From: Cetorhinus maximus
Taxonomy: Eukaryota
Assembly (NCBI RefSeq): GCF_964194155.1
Contig: NC_135887.1
Coordinates: forward strand, 95,294,001-95,358,000
Direction of reading: 5' to 3'
DNA: 64,000 nt
The number at the start of each line of letters is the position of its first letter. Position 1 is the first letter of the stretch. This document shows positions 1 through 12,534 of this stretch, in pieces. A model generated the notes under the pieces. That model saw only the letters and a program-made list of their open reading frames with translations, was not told the DNA's origin and ran no database searches. The translations under genes and the position numbers were made by a program.

Positions 1-144
1 AACAGCATTGTGGGTGTATCTACACCAATGGACTGCAGTGGTTCAAGAAGGCAGCTCACCACCACCTTCTCACGGGGAATTAGGGATGGGCAATAAATGC
101 TGGCCCAGCCAGCAAAACCCACATCCCATGAATGAATAAAAAAA
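1..144 (+). mobile_element. 3' end of an abundant non-LTR retrotransposon (CR1-group-like LINE tail)
   Basis: GACTGCAGTGGTTCAAGAAGGCAGCTCACCACCACCTTCT...GGGCAATAAATGCTGG...CCCACATCCCATGAATGAATAAAAAAA. The same tail recurs at ~19790-20062 (+), 47752-47830 (+), 53895-54125 (-) and 56330-56888 (-), where it is attached to an RT C-terminal remnant. Confidence 0.75.
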
Positions 145-780
145 CCTCCCTCCAGCTTTCATTTGCTGAAGCATGATAAGGCCACCATGTTCTCTTTAAA
201 ACATTACCCTTAAGGTAATAACATTCTGGAATACACTTTGCCTCTGTTTCTGAGTGAGCTGTCTGATATAACTGTTTTATTTGCAAATCCTTTTTCTGTA
301 ACTCCACTAACTGCCTTGAGTTAAACACCTCAGCTGAATTGTACTCTGTTATTTCCTCCTGAACAATGTTATCAAACACAGTGCCAGATAATTCGACTTC
401 CACACCTTTTCCCTGGCTTTGAGCTTCCTGTATCTTTTGATTCAACCTATGAGCCTGTGAACTTGTCACACAACCTGGAAACAATCCAGAATGCTGTCTC
501 TGCAACACTTCTGTTGAAAACACTTCTACAGGCTACTCAACTATCATAAGCATCACCCACATCATTACCCAAAATAAATTGAAAGCCTGCAATGGGCAAT
601 TTTTCCATTACTCCAACAATCACTTTGCCTGTTTTCCACTTACTCCTTATATTTAGCTTCCACAATGGAATAGGTTTAGCATCTCCATGAACCCCACTTA
701 TTATCACATGTTCCTGCAATACCCCCTCTGAACAACAAATATCACCATCCCACAACATTAAGGATTGTTGTTCTTTAAAC
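145..780 (-). pseudogene. pol: Gypsy/Gmr1 pol remnant (aspartic protease C-terminus and downstream spacer)
   Basis: ORF 537..758 (VIVGVMEKLPIAGFQFILGNDVG) and ORF 80..523 (ELQKKDLQIKQLY...CYYLKGNVLKRTWWP). The catalytic DTG is not visible. Confidence 0.65.
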
Positions 781-999
781 TTTTAACATCTTTACCTACT
801 CCACCCTGGAAAGACTTTGCTTTCACATATAAATTCTTTAACCATTTCTGCTGCAACCTGCTGCTCTGAACTCTCTTGGGTAGGTTATGAACATATTCCC
901 ACTTGTTTACCTTTCACTGATTCTTCCTGTTTTACCTGTACACAACCGATTGTTTTTTTCCTGTGCCTGAACCTCAGAACCCACAGTACTTTTACTTTC

Positions 1000-2190
1000 A
1001 GAACTTTTCTGCACACCAATAATCCCAACAGATTTTCTCCCTGCAATTTCCAACACACTGACTTCATGTGTCCAACTTTATTACAATGAAAACGACTCAA
1101 TTTTAGAATGTCACTTCTACCCTCAGCACCTTCCCTTTTATTGTGACAAAAAAACTTCCTGTGAATTTCCAAATACTCCTCTTCCCTGACTATCTACCTT
1201 TTTTGCACCTTCCTACTTTTTATCCATTTCTAATTTAAAAGGGTGACGAAAAAAGGTTTAGCTATATGAACTAACTCATAATCATCAGCTATCTCTGCTG
1301 CTTGTCTTAGCATTTCAACCTTTTGTTCCTCCACATGAGTTCTCACTACCGAAGGAATTGAATCTTTAAATTCTTCCAAAAAAATTACCTCTCTAAGAGC
1401 TGCATATGTCATCTCTATCTTTAATACCCGTAACCACCAGTCAAAATTACTTTGTTTTACTCTCTCAACCTCAATATAAGTTTGCCCAGGCTGTTTTCTC
1501 ATATTCCTAAATTTCTGCCCGTATGCCTTAGTAACCAACTCATAAGCACTCAAAATAGCCCTTTTTAATCACATCATAGTTCACTGACATTTCTTCTGAG
1601 AATGAACCATAAACCTCATGTGCTCTCCCCACCAACCTGGATTGTAACAATAATGTCCAGTTTTCCTGTGACCATTTCATCTGTTTACCTATCTTCTCAA
1701 ATGAAATAAAGAATTCTTCCACATCTCTTTCCTGAAACTTTGGAAGAGCTTGTACAAATTTCTGAACTGGAAATAAGTCCTTCTTCACCTCCTGGTGCTT
1801 TTTTTAAACTGTCAGCATTTTAAGCTGGAATTCATCTCTGTTTTTCTCTTTCCTGCCTGTCTAACCCTGTGATTTCTAATTCCCTTTGAAATGCTCTCTC
1901 TCTCTTTCCTTTCCTTTTTATGCTGCCTCTAGCTCAAGTTTTTTCATTTGCAGCTGAATTTGAGGCAATTCCAATGAACCATCCCTTGGAGAACTTGGTC
2001 TCTCAGATATTCCTTCCAATTTCAAATGCTGTGCTATACCTTCAGTTATGTCTGATTTCCTTACCCCTGCAGGTAACCATAATTGTAATTAATCTGCCAA
2101 TTCCATTAACTTAGCTTTATTTGCCTTTTGTAAACCAACCATAGGAATAACTTCAACTGCCAGACATTTCTTAGCAACTGCCAAAGCCAT
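1000..2190 (-). pseudogene. gag: Gypsy/Gmr1 gag remnant (SCAN-like capsid + zinc knuckle), frameshifted
   Basis: ORF-track pieces 1540..1788, 1230..1553 and 885..1172 are consecutive gag segments in different frames. Confidence 0.75.
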
Positions 2191-2304
2191 TTTGCAGTTT
2201 CATCACTTAAAAAAATCTCACACCAACTCCTGAATTCAAAGCGCTTCTCATACTCGTAAGCTTAAGATTCACCAACTCCAAACCAAACCAGGGATTTCAA
2301 ATAT

Positions 2305-2323
2305 ATCCCACAAAGAGCACCCA
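2305..2323 (-). promoter_or_regulatory. primer-binding site, degenerate tRNA-Pro type
   Basis: Minus strand reads TGGGTGCTCTTTGTGGGAT, 4 nt after the LTR end TAACA. The canonical tRNA-Pro PBS is TGGGGGCTCGTCCGGGAT. Confidence 0.6.
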
Positions 2324-2327
2324 ATTT

Positions 2328-3234
2328 TGTTATGGCACAGCAGGTGGTAATGCTGAGCTGTTGAAATCCCAGAGGGAAACTTGAAACAACTGCCACAATG
2401 AGTTTACATTTTGTATTTATTTCGAGATGCACGCCTTGAATTCAGTAGTAATAAGACCATCGAGTTTTATAGCTTTCTGATAAAATTAAATTAAACCTTT
2501 ATTAAATAAAAAATATAATTTTAAGCACATGCATAGGTTTACATATTATAACTATAATAACTTATAAATCCCCTAGTTAATCTGACTCCCAGTTATACCT
2601 CCATTAAGGCAACAGTAAAACACAAAGATTGAAACAGACCCAGGCAAAGCACACACCCTGGACAGTCAAATTCAAAATGAGTTTTTCTCAGCTTCAGTCC
2701 CTTGTAGACAGCAGCTTGAGGCTTAAATGCTGGAGGCTTTTCACACTTGTGTTAGATCTTAAAATACCTGCCCTTACACACAGCCTTCTCTCCTATATAC
2801 ATATTTTCCCCTTTGAAAGCAAATCCCCGTTGATTCACTATGTCTTTGGACTTTACCTCTCTAATAATAAAAAGCTATCATAGTACTAATTTTACCAGTA
2901 ATCTTTGAGAAAAATAAACACACTGTTTCTTAATTTCTTCTGGCTAGGCATAACATTTCACCTCCTCTTTTGAATTCAAGCTACTCCGGTCAATTTAAAA
3001 ATGCAAATGTTCCCTTTACACCTTGCATTCTAAAACTTCACCGATGTTTACCAATTTAGCATTTCAAACCTAGCTTATCTTCTTACATCAAAGCCTTCAG
3101 ACCAGCTGTCTTTAATTCAATTAAGTTCCCCCACCCCCCCACACACAGACAGACCCATAGTCACCGACCTCACTATTACTCTACTTTACAATAAATTCCA
3201 ATAACATTATGAAATTTATTATATCTCCCTGACA
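2328..3234 (-). repeat. 5' LTR (~907 bp) of the Gmr1-like element
   Basis: TG...CA termini (plus strand TGTTA at 2328, TGACA at 3230-3234). Its 3' end is homologous to the solo LTR end at 18693-18781. Confidence 0.7.
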
Positions 3235-3599
3235 ACAGAAAAAAGAGGGAACATGAACAGTACATTGAAAAAGCAAATTCCATGCAGCATTCGTAATTTT
3301 TTGATGTTTTTTGTATTTATCCTTCAAAATTCATCTTTTTTTTAAAAAGGGGAGTTAGATTGAGAAAATAGTGTCTTCATTTCACATGTAGTTGCAATTA
3401 ACCTACATGTCTCAAGCAGTAATTAACAATTACTTTCTCTACCTGTTAACAGGTACAATAAATAGTTGCCTTCAAAATTTATCTGCAATTTCAGTTATTG
3501 GGAAACAAGTTGTATAACAAAAATTGTAAATGAAGATTTTCCGTAAAGCAATTTGAATGAATTGTGGAGAAGCGTGACCCACTGGCCAATTCTTGCAAC

Positions 3600-6500
3600 T
3601 ACATGCAGACTCTATAAACAGTTTTATTTTTGGTTACTATAGCATCTCATTGTAAAATAGCAGTTATTATGGCATCGCACATGGAAACAGATGATGTGAC
3701 AGAGAACATGGCCCTTCCAGAGGAAGTTGGTGCATGACCTAAAGTACAAGAGAGCAAAATTGTCATTGCAGATCTTCTACCAAGGTTGTGGATTCTATAG
3801 AAAGGAACAGCAGGATCATTGGACTCAAGGATCTATGCAAGAGAAAGAGAGAGACTTACTTTTATAGGCAAATGGATATTTTTTTCAGTAACAAGGTAAA
3901 CTTTGTAGGGGGGGAATCTTCATCTTAACTTTCTGGATGCACAGATGTTGACCAACAATTTTGAGGTAGCCTTTGGGGAGATTTGGGAGAATTAGTTCAA
4001 CTGAAGGTTAGAGTGGATAAACCAGAAAGTAGTACTATTAGATACCCAGATTTTCCAAATGTAAAGCACAAAAAATGAATGTACCCAGAGTCAGCTTTCT
4101 GATAGATCATCAAAATATTTCTATACCAATACAAGAAGTCTTAGAAATAAACTGCTGGAACTACAATCTCATGCAGCATTAGAAAACACAGATTTATTGG
4201 TGTGACGGAGACATTGCTAGAGTTAAAGGACAATTATATTCTGCAATATGGTAGTTGACCATATTTTAGGAAAGGTAGAACAGGTCAAAAGAGAGGAGGT
4301 GTAGCATTATTTGTCAGAGGTACTCTGCCTGCTATGTCACAAAATATTAACATATCAGTACATATTCAACATATTAGTTGAAGCTGTTTGGAATCAATGA
4401 GTCTAAACCTTAAGCTTATGATTTGCACTTGTTACGACCTGCAAGACAGGCATCCCTGGTCATGAGGAACTTTGTTCACAATTTCCTTGGTTTTCTAACC
4501 TGATCCCAATTTATCTCATGGAAGACTTCAACTTTCCTTGTGCTAAATGATCTGACAGTAAACCATCTAATGTACTGGAGGGAATGGCCAAGACTTTTCT
4601 GGACACCTCAATAATTTTGTCCTTTCTGAGTATATTGATGAGGCAATTAGGGATAAACAAACTCCAGATCTGTTTTTTTGAGGCATTGACCCAAGTGCTC
4701 TGTCAAACCATGTGTTGGGGAAAGCCTACCAGCTCTGATCATAAAGTTTAATCTTATTGACCAATCTAAGGCTGCAGCCTTAATCCTGATACAAGTGGAG
4801 TAATCTAAACTAATTAAGAAGGCTAACTTTATAAAAATGGCAGAGACCTGGGCAACCCTACTAGATCAGCCATCAACATCGGGGATGAGTGAGTCCTATC
4901 TAAAACCATTTCAAACAGAATTAAACCACGTATATGCCAATAGTTAAAAGTGCACATGGCAAAACAAAACATTTGACAAGAAATGTGCAGAAGCAAATTC
5001 AGTTGAACAGAAGACATTCTATACCGTTAGCATTTACCCCAAGAGAGCAGGAAAAATTATCACATGCAGTCAAGGAAGACAACAAACAGCCATAAAATTA
5101 GTCAAGAGCTCTCAAGAAAGGAAGATGGTGTGTAATTGCAGCAGTAATAGCAGAAGCTCTTTTTTAAAGCAATGTTAACAGTCAGTAAACCATGAAAGAT
5201 TGTATAGGATCGCTACAGTATACTATAGGGCAGATTCTCAGATTGTGACAGAGCTGATAAATGATGGCTTTCATCAGCCTACACTCCTGTGGATGATACT
5301 TATGTTTCCTTTGAGGGTGGTCTGTATTGAATATCATTACTAATATTAAATAGATGGTGATGTCACCCTCAGATAGACTAGGAAAGCATAAAATTGATAG
5401 GGCTGCTGACCCAAACAATCTTCTTCCAAGGATGATCAGAGAAATAGGAGAGGTGCTTTGTCAGCCCCTTGCCCATATATTCAATAGAGGGAAGGATAGT
5501 TCCCTCAGATTGGAAACTAGATCAAGTTGTTCTTATTTTCAAAAAAAATGGAAACAAATCAGAACCAGGCAACTACAGATCTATCAGCATAATGCCATTA
5601 TTGGGAAGATGCTTGAAGGGATTGTAAAAGATGCTCTTTATGATGACTGAAAAAAAGGAAGGGGACATTAGAAATTGACAACATGGCTTCCAAAAAAAAG
5701 TCATGCCAATCAAATTTGATAGAATTTTTGAGGAAGTCACTAGGGTAGTGGGTGAAGGAAATCTGGTCAACATTGTCTACCTAAACTTTCAGAACAGTTT
5801 TGATAAGGTACCTCACACTAGGTTACTTCGCATGATTAAATCTTATAGTATCAGTAGAAATTTGAAAAGCAATTGGCTCAAATTCCAGAGCCAACAAGTT
5901 GCAGTTAACAGATATAGTTAGCTTGGAGGGATGATACCAGTGGTGGTCCCCAGGAATCGAGCCTAGGCCAGCAAATCTTCATAGTCTTTATTAATGATGT
6001 GGAGAGTGGTGTTGGGAGTATGGTCAGTAATTTTGCACGTGACACCAAAATCTGTGCAAGGGTTAAGTCAGTAGGGGAGCACAATCAAATAAAAACAAAA
6101 AAATTACACGGGCTAGGGGAACAAGACACACATTGGCAAATGCTGTTTAATTTTGATAAACATAGCGCTGTGCACATTGGTAGGATCAACACAGAATACA
6201 TGTACCATTTGCAGGGAACAATATTTATTGAAGGGGTTGAGAGACAAAATGATATTGGTATTATTGTCCGTAGGTTACTAAAGGTTAGTGACCAACATAG
6301 AGAAACCTCAGCTAAAGCTAACAAGATATTCTTTTGTATTACTCGAACCGTTCACAATAAATCAAAGGACACCATTTTGACTCTGTATAGTTCACTGATC
6401 AGGCCACATCTAGAATATCATGCCCTGTTTTGGTCCTCCCACTTTTTGGGTGATATATTGGCCTTTGAAAAGGTCCAGAGGGGACCTACAAGTATTAATG

Positions 6501-8720
6501 AAGAACCTCAGCTAGTCAGATAGGAAGAAGAGCCATGGAATATTTATTTTAGATGGCATAGACTCGAAGGTGGCCTGGTAGAGGTCTATAAAATAATTAA
6601 AGGGTCTAGATGGTGTCCCTATTGATTATTCAAGTTTAAGAGATTAGAGAGGACCAGAGGACAAAAGTAGAATGAAATAGATGTCAGGTGACTCTTCTTT
6701 TCTCAGAGAAATGTGACTCTCTGGAATACAATGCTGTGGCGGATGTGGACTTTCTGGTTTCATTAAAAAGGGAGCTGAACTGGTTCTTGTCTGGGGCAGG
6801 GGTTGCACTATATAGCAGGTAAATGCCGTTCTATGTAACATTTAGTCCATGCGATTTTCTTGACTGGTTTTAATTGCCTGAGAGGGTATGAGAGGAATTT
6901 TACAGTCTTTTGTTCCATACTGGAATTAGTCTTTTTTTTTTGCCTCTCCCAGGAGATTAAGTGGCTCTAGAGAAGGTTGAGGGAGGGGGGAGGGGGATGC
7001 TGGGAAAATAAAAGCCTGAATTTTCACTCCTGGGTTGTGGGTTGGGAGCGCAGAATCGGGACATTTCCCAGCTCTACAAACCTGACCCAGGAGAAAGTGC
7101 CCCAGAAGTTGGGATTTTTGTTCCAGAGTGGAGGGGTTCTCTGGGACACGGGCTGGGTGACACCAGAATGTGTGCGGAGGCTGCCAGGTGTAGAGCTGGG
7201 CTGTGTGGAAGGCTTGCCTCAGTGTACCGACACTTCCAAGATTTTATAAGAGCATTAAAACAAAAAACAGCCCTCCAGTCCTCACCCCTCACACCCCTCA
7301 CCCCCTGATACACTCCACATATCCCATCCATGCCAACACATGCTACCTCATGCCCTCTACCCACCGGCCATGACCCCTCATACACTCCATGCCACCTCAT
7401 GCTCTCTACTCACCTCCCATGGCCCTTCATACCCCCATGCCAGTCAATGCCCCTCTACCCATACCCCATGCCCCTCATACCCACCATGCTAACCTATGCC
7501 CCTCTACCCACTCCAAAGGCCCCTCATACCCTCTACCCCCGAACCCCTTATACCCCATGCCCTCCACCTATTCCCCATGGCCCTTTATAGTCCCTATACC
7601 AACTTAATGCCAACTCATGCCAATACATGCCCCCACCCACCATCCTTTCCCTTTACACCTACCATGCCAATCCACCCAGTATCCATCATGGGCAGATCTC
7701 AGAAACCATGCTGAGATTATATAAAATAAAGTTCTAAGTGTCTATTATAGACTTTATTTTTTAAAAATACTCTCATTTATAAAAACCCATTCGTTACATT
7801 TCCATTCCTTAAACTACATAATCCCTTATAAGAATAAGAACATTTCATTCAATTGCTTAATCCCTTATAAAAACAAACATTGGAATTAATTGTCCCACTT
7901 CAGAGAGCCTATAACCACTTGAAACTGTTAATCAAATTGTGAAATGGAAGGCAGCCCACTGTGATAAGGGAAGATTGTGAAATCAGGTATGCAACACAAA
8001 TCCAGTAATAGCAACCCTCAGGCTTATGTCAACAGACAGAGCGAAATAGCAAGCAATGATTTTTTTAACACTTCACACAGTTATTCAAATATTTAAAGAG
8101 CCGGAATTTTAAATACCTTGACAGCTTGTTAGTTGCTTTTGACCGTTCCTCTTGACAGCTCTTTTGACATTTCCAACGTGTTTATACAGTTCTTACGCAC
8201 ACTCGTGCCCAGTTTTAATAATCCCAAAGGGCAGCCTACCTCTCCCAAAGGGCACCTGACCTCCCCCAAATGTGTCCCAGGACCATATCTAAAGGGATGC
8301 TCTCCCTCACCAAAAGGGTACCCCACCTCTCCAAAGGACTCCACAAAGTTTATACGTGCTCCTACAGGTATAACCTTCACATATTGTGTTTCCCACTCCT
8401 GGCTCATGAAAATCAGACATGACTGAAGGCAACCACTGATTTATATGGGTAACTGCCTCCGCAAAACCTGCATGCACAAATCCCAAACTGGCCCCATTCC
8501 CACCCCCATGAAAATGATAGTTGCCATGATCAGGGGCAGTACTTCCAGATTTCAGCTTCCTCCGCCATTTTCGCAACAATGAAGAGGCTCTCCATCATTG
8601 CGAAAATCCAGGGCAAAGTCTTAAGCCATGATGATCCAGCTATTAGGATGTGGGGCAGGCAGGTTTGATGGATCAGCAGTTAATTTCCTGCCCATCAATT
8701 TCCACATTCATATCATACAT
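3600..8720 (+). mobile_element. CR1-clade LINE, degenerate (possible ORF1 esterase remnant, ORF2 APE endonuclease + RT, 3' UTR), interrupted at 7013-8614
   Basis: Endonuclease-like 'LRNKLLEL...GVTET' at ~4140-4215. RT pieces VYLNFQNSFDKVPH (5703..5921) and VSNFARDTK...LIRPHLEY (5999..6523). The 3' UTR resumes after 8617. Confidence 0.8.
7013..8614. mobile_element. non-autonomous PIF/Harbinger-type DNA transposon (~1.6 kb)
   Basis: Termini AGCCTGAATTTT / AAAATCCAGGGC resemble the other Harbinger TIRs in the window. AAA flanks both sides. It has an internal C-rich CCCCATG-type low-complexity tract (7280-7690) and splits a CR1 3' UTR. Confidence 0.6.
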
Positions 8721-8739
8721 GTGTAACACCAATATCTTT

Positions 8740-9690
8740 AAAATAAAAAATACTTATCTGTTTGGTAGACAATTTTTATTTGTTTATAAATACTTTTGAC
8801 AAGCAGAATCCCTTTAACTTACATTCATGCACTAAGCATTCCTCTGGTGCTAAGTGAAATGTGTCCACTTGCATTTTCTTCTCCCAACTATGTGATAACC
8901 CTTTGACATGTGTATTTAACGTTCGAGGAGTCCATATGCTGCCTTGAGATTTCTTTCCCTTCCTCTTAAGCAATGTGTCCTATTTCAAAGTTAAGGTCTG
9001 CATAGAAATGTGGTTGAGTCATTTGTGTAGATATGAAGTACCTGTCCTTCTAGTATCCTACTGCTCCCGCCATAAAATCAACTTACATTTATATTAGCAC
9101 TTATGTAAGTAAAATCACGAAATATTGATTTCAATGGAAATAAAATTTGGCCAGCTTCTATAACAGATGCTAATTTTAACCCTGGACAGAAATTGAAAAT
9201 CTCCCCCTATGTGGTTTAATCTTATCAACAAGCCTCCTACACAACACTTTTTAAATGTCTTTTAAAAATTCATAGATACAACACCAATGACATTTCCTTT
9301 ATTAAAATATTCCATTAATTCTTTATAAAACACTTTTACATTTGTCAGACATGATTTACCTTCTCCAAATTCATTTTGCTGTCCTTAATTAACCCACAAC
9401 TTACTGGGTAAGTACTAGTTTTATCTTATAATATGGATTCTAGAAATTTATCCATGTTACACTGGCTGATCTATAGTTATTAGATATATCCCTCTCTTCC
9501 TTTATGAACAGAGAAGTTACATTGGCAATTGTTTGGCACACCTTCCATTTTCAAGGCTGTTTGAAAGATTGTAATCAGAGCCTTCGCTGTTTCCTTCCTG
9601 ACTCTCCAAGATTCCAGGATGCATGCCATCAGGGCCTGGTTCTCTTTACACTTTTAGTTTTAGCATAATTTCCTTGCTTTTGTACTGTTT
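8740..9690 (-). mobile_element. old CR1 LINE RT fragments
   Basis: CR1 RT-like antisense segments, e.g. GTCAGACATGATTTACCTT and CCAGGATGCATGCCATCAGGGCCTGG. Confidence 0.55.
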
Positions 9691-10197
9691 GGACTGGGTT
9701 TTGTGCTCTCCCAGTGGGTTCGAAGTGGGAGGGCTCTTAAAATCCAGCGAATGGCCTGCCCATGGCCTACCAACCCGCCCCCAGCTCGTCTGAAATTTTA
9801 CGTTGGCCGGGAAGGCATTGGGTGGCCTGCCCACCCTTGGGCCTATTGAGGCATTTAAGTGACTAATTAATGGTAATAGTTGTATGAATACAAAATTGGT
9901 TAAGGGATAGGAAACAGAGATTTGTGGTGAATGGCTGTTGTTCAGGCTAAAGAGTGGTATTCAATGGTGTTCCACAGGATTCAGTTCTAGGACCACTGCT
10001 GCACCATCCTCACACCTTGCTGAGAACCCGCCCCCACAACCCCACCCACTCCAACCCTGGACTTACCTGGGCTCCTCGAAATGATGGGATTGCCTATAGT
10101 CCCAATAGTGGCCACTGTGACCATCTGGCATTACTGGGACTACATAGCTGCCAGCCAGGGGGTGCAGGGATCACAGCCACCCCATAAAATTCGGCCC
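9691..10197. mobile_element. Harbinger-type MITE containing an inserted CR1 fragment (9870-10001)
   Basis: Termini GGACTGGGTTTT / AAAATTCGGCCC. Subterminal GCCTATTGAGGCATTTAAGTGACTAATTAATGG resembles the other MITEs. TSD is not clear. Confidence 0.55.
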
Positions 10198-10762
10198 CAT
10201 GACTCTATTTCCAAAGTCCAGGATCCTATATGCTTTATTAATTGCTTTGTTAACCTGTCACACCATCTTTAAATATTTCTGCACAAAAACCCCCAGGTCC
10301 ATCTATTCTTGCACCCCTATAAAACTGTATCATTTGGCTTTTATTGTCTCTACTTTCTGCCAAAATGTAGCACCTCATAAAGTTCTGTGTTAAATTTAAT
10401 CTGTCATTTGTCCACCCAGTCCACCAGCCTGTCTATGACACCCCCCACCGCTCCGCTCCCCCCACCACCCCACCCCTCCGATGTGTACTGCTGATTCTCT
10501 TTGTGCTCACTATAATTGCAAGTGTGCCCTGTATCCTAAGCATGTTATTATTGTATATCAAAAACAGCAGTGGTCCTGGAACTGAATCCTAGGGAGCAAT
10601 ATTGTCTTCCTCCAGCGTGAAAAACAGTTATTCACCAAAACAAAAACAGAATTACCTGGAAAAACTTCCACGAAACTTCCCACCTACATCCGTGATTCCT
10701 CTGACACCTTACGTCACATCAACAATTTCCAGTTCCCTGGCCCCAACCGCTTCCTCTTCACC

Positions 10763-12034
10763 ATGGACGTCCAATCCCTCTACACCTCCATCCCCCACCA
10801 GGATGGTCTGAGGGCCCTTAGCTTCTTCCTTGAACAGAGGCCCGAACAATCCCCATCCACCACTACTCTCCTCCGTCTGGCTGAACTTGTTCTCACACTG
10901 AACAATTTCTCCTTTAACTCCTCTCACTTCCTCCAAATAAAAGGTGTGGCTATGGTTACCCGCATGGGCCCCAGCTATGCCTGTCTCTTTATGGGGTATG
11001 TGGAACATTCCTTGTTCCAGTCCTACTCCGGCCCCCTCCCACAACTCTTTCTCCGGTACATCGATGATTACTTCGATGCGGCTTCATGCTCTCGTCTGGA
11101 CTTGGAAAAATTTATTAATTTTGCTTCCAATCTCCACCCCTCCATCATTTTCACATGGTCCATCTCTGACACTTCCCTTCCCTTCTTTGACCCCTCTGTC
11201 TCAATTTCTGATGATAGACTGTCCACCAATATCCATTACAAGCCTACCGACTCCCACAGCTACCTCGATTACAGCTCCTCACACCCCGCTTCCTGTAAGG
11301 ACTCCATCCCATTCTCTCAGTTCCTTCGCCTCCGTCGCATCTGTTCTGATGATGCTACCTTCAAAAACAGTTCCTCTGACATGTCCTCCTTCTTCCTTAA
11401 CCGAGGTTTTCCACCCACGGTCGTTGACAGGGCCCTCAACCGTGTCCAGCCCATCTCCCGCGCATCCACCCTCACGCCTTCTCCTCCCTCCCAGAAACAT
11501 GATAGGGTCCCCCTTGTCCTCACTTATCACCCCACCAGCCTCCGCCATTTCCGCCAACTCCAGCATGATGCCACCACCAAACACATCTTCCCTTCACCCC
11601 CCCGGCGGCATTCCATAGGGATCGTTCCCTCCAGGACACCCTGGTCCACTCCTCCATCACCCCCTACTCCTCAACCCCCACCTATGGCACCTCCCCATGC
11701 CCACGCAGAAGATGCAACACCTGCCCCTTCACTTCCTCTCTCCTCACCGTCCAAGGGCCAAGTGAAGCAGCATTTCACTTGCATTTCCCCTAACTTAGTC
11801 TACTGCATTCATTGCTCCCAAAGCGGTCTCCTCTACATTGGAGAGACCAAACGCAAACTGGGCGACCACTTTGCAGAACACCTGCGGTCTGTCCGCAAGA
11901 AAGACCCAAACCTCCCTGTCGCTTGCCATTTTAACACTCCACCCTGCTCTCTTGCCCACATGTCTGCCCTTGGCTTGCTGCATTGTTCCAGTGAAGCCCA
12001 ACGCAAACTGGAGGAACAGCACCTCATCTTCTGA
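10763..12034 (+). pseudogene. Penelope-like reverse transcriptase (C-terminal part) + GIY-YIG endonuclease
   Basis: MDVQSLYTSIPH, KGVAMVTRMGPSYACLFMG, LRYIDD, YKPTDSHSYLDYSSSHP, VYCIHC...LYIGETKRKLGDHFAEHLRSV. A Pro-rich stretch (~11600-11760) looks out of frame between compensating indels. Confidence 0.9.
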
Positions 12035-12494
12035 CTAGGCACTTTACAGCCTTCCGGGCTGAATATTGAATTCAACAACTTTAGATCTTAAACTCCCTCC
12101 CCCCATCCCCAACCCGTTTCTTCCCCCTCCCTTTTGTTTTTTTCAATAATTTATATAGATTTTTCTTTTCCCACCTATTTCCATTATTTTTAAATCTACA
12201 ACTAATACCTTGTCAGTCTTTCTACCCCACCCCCACCAGAGTTGTCAGTCTTTCCACCCCACCCCCACTAGAGCTGTACCTTGAGTGTCCTGCCATCCAT
12301 TCTTAATTAGCACATTTTCTTAGATAATATCACCACCTTCAACACCTCTTTGATGCTTTTGTCTGTGACATCTTTTGATTATCTGCTCCTATCACTGCTT
12401 GCTGGTCCCTACAACCACCCCACCCTCAACTTCTCTCTCCCCCCACCCCCCAACTTAAACCAGCTTATATTTCACCCCTCTCCTAACTATACTC

Positions 12495-12534
12495 AGTTCT
12501 GTTGAAGGGTCAAGAGGACTCGAAATGTCGACTC
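12495..12534 (+). ncRNA. minimal type I hammerhead ribozyme motif (variant core) in the Penelope pLTR
   Basis: CTGTTGA-A-GGGTC(AAGAG)GACTC-GAAA-TGTC, with AGTT/GACT as stem I. It matches the CUGANGA...GAAA.GUH layout described for Penelope-like elements, with two core substitutions. Confidence 0.6.

Larger units (their letters stand above)
145..3234 (-). mobile_element. Gmr1-like Gypsy LTR retrotransposon, 5' half (LTR, PBS, gag, protease remnant), degenerate
   Basis: LTR with TGTCA...TAACA ends, a PBS, and fragmented ORFs: gag (PKFQERDVEEFFISFEK...W...W.LLLQSRLVGRA; SAYELVTKAYGQKFRN), a zinc-knuckle remnant (HCNKVGHMKSVC), a protease C-terminus (FILGND), then YYLKGNVLKRTW. Confidence 0.8.

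Noticed and set aside
7280-7714. Pro/His-rich ORFs
   Set aside because: Products of low-complexity CCCCATG repeats, open in several frames.
10709-12078. Several antisense and alternate-frame ORFs over the Penelope gene
   Set aside because: Shadow ORFs caused by the C-rich strand bias of the RT ORF.
12212-12270. Short tandem duplication (GTCAGTCTTT..ACCCCACCCCCAC x2); similar ones at ~32726-32795 and ~63500-63530
   Set aside because: Ordinary slippage duplications within TEs.
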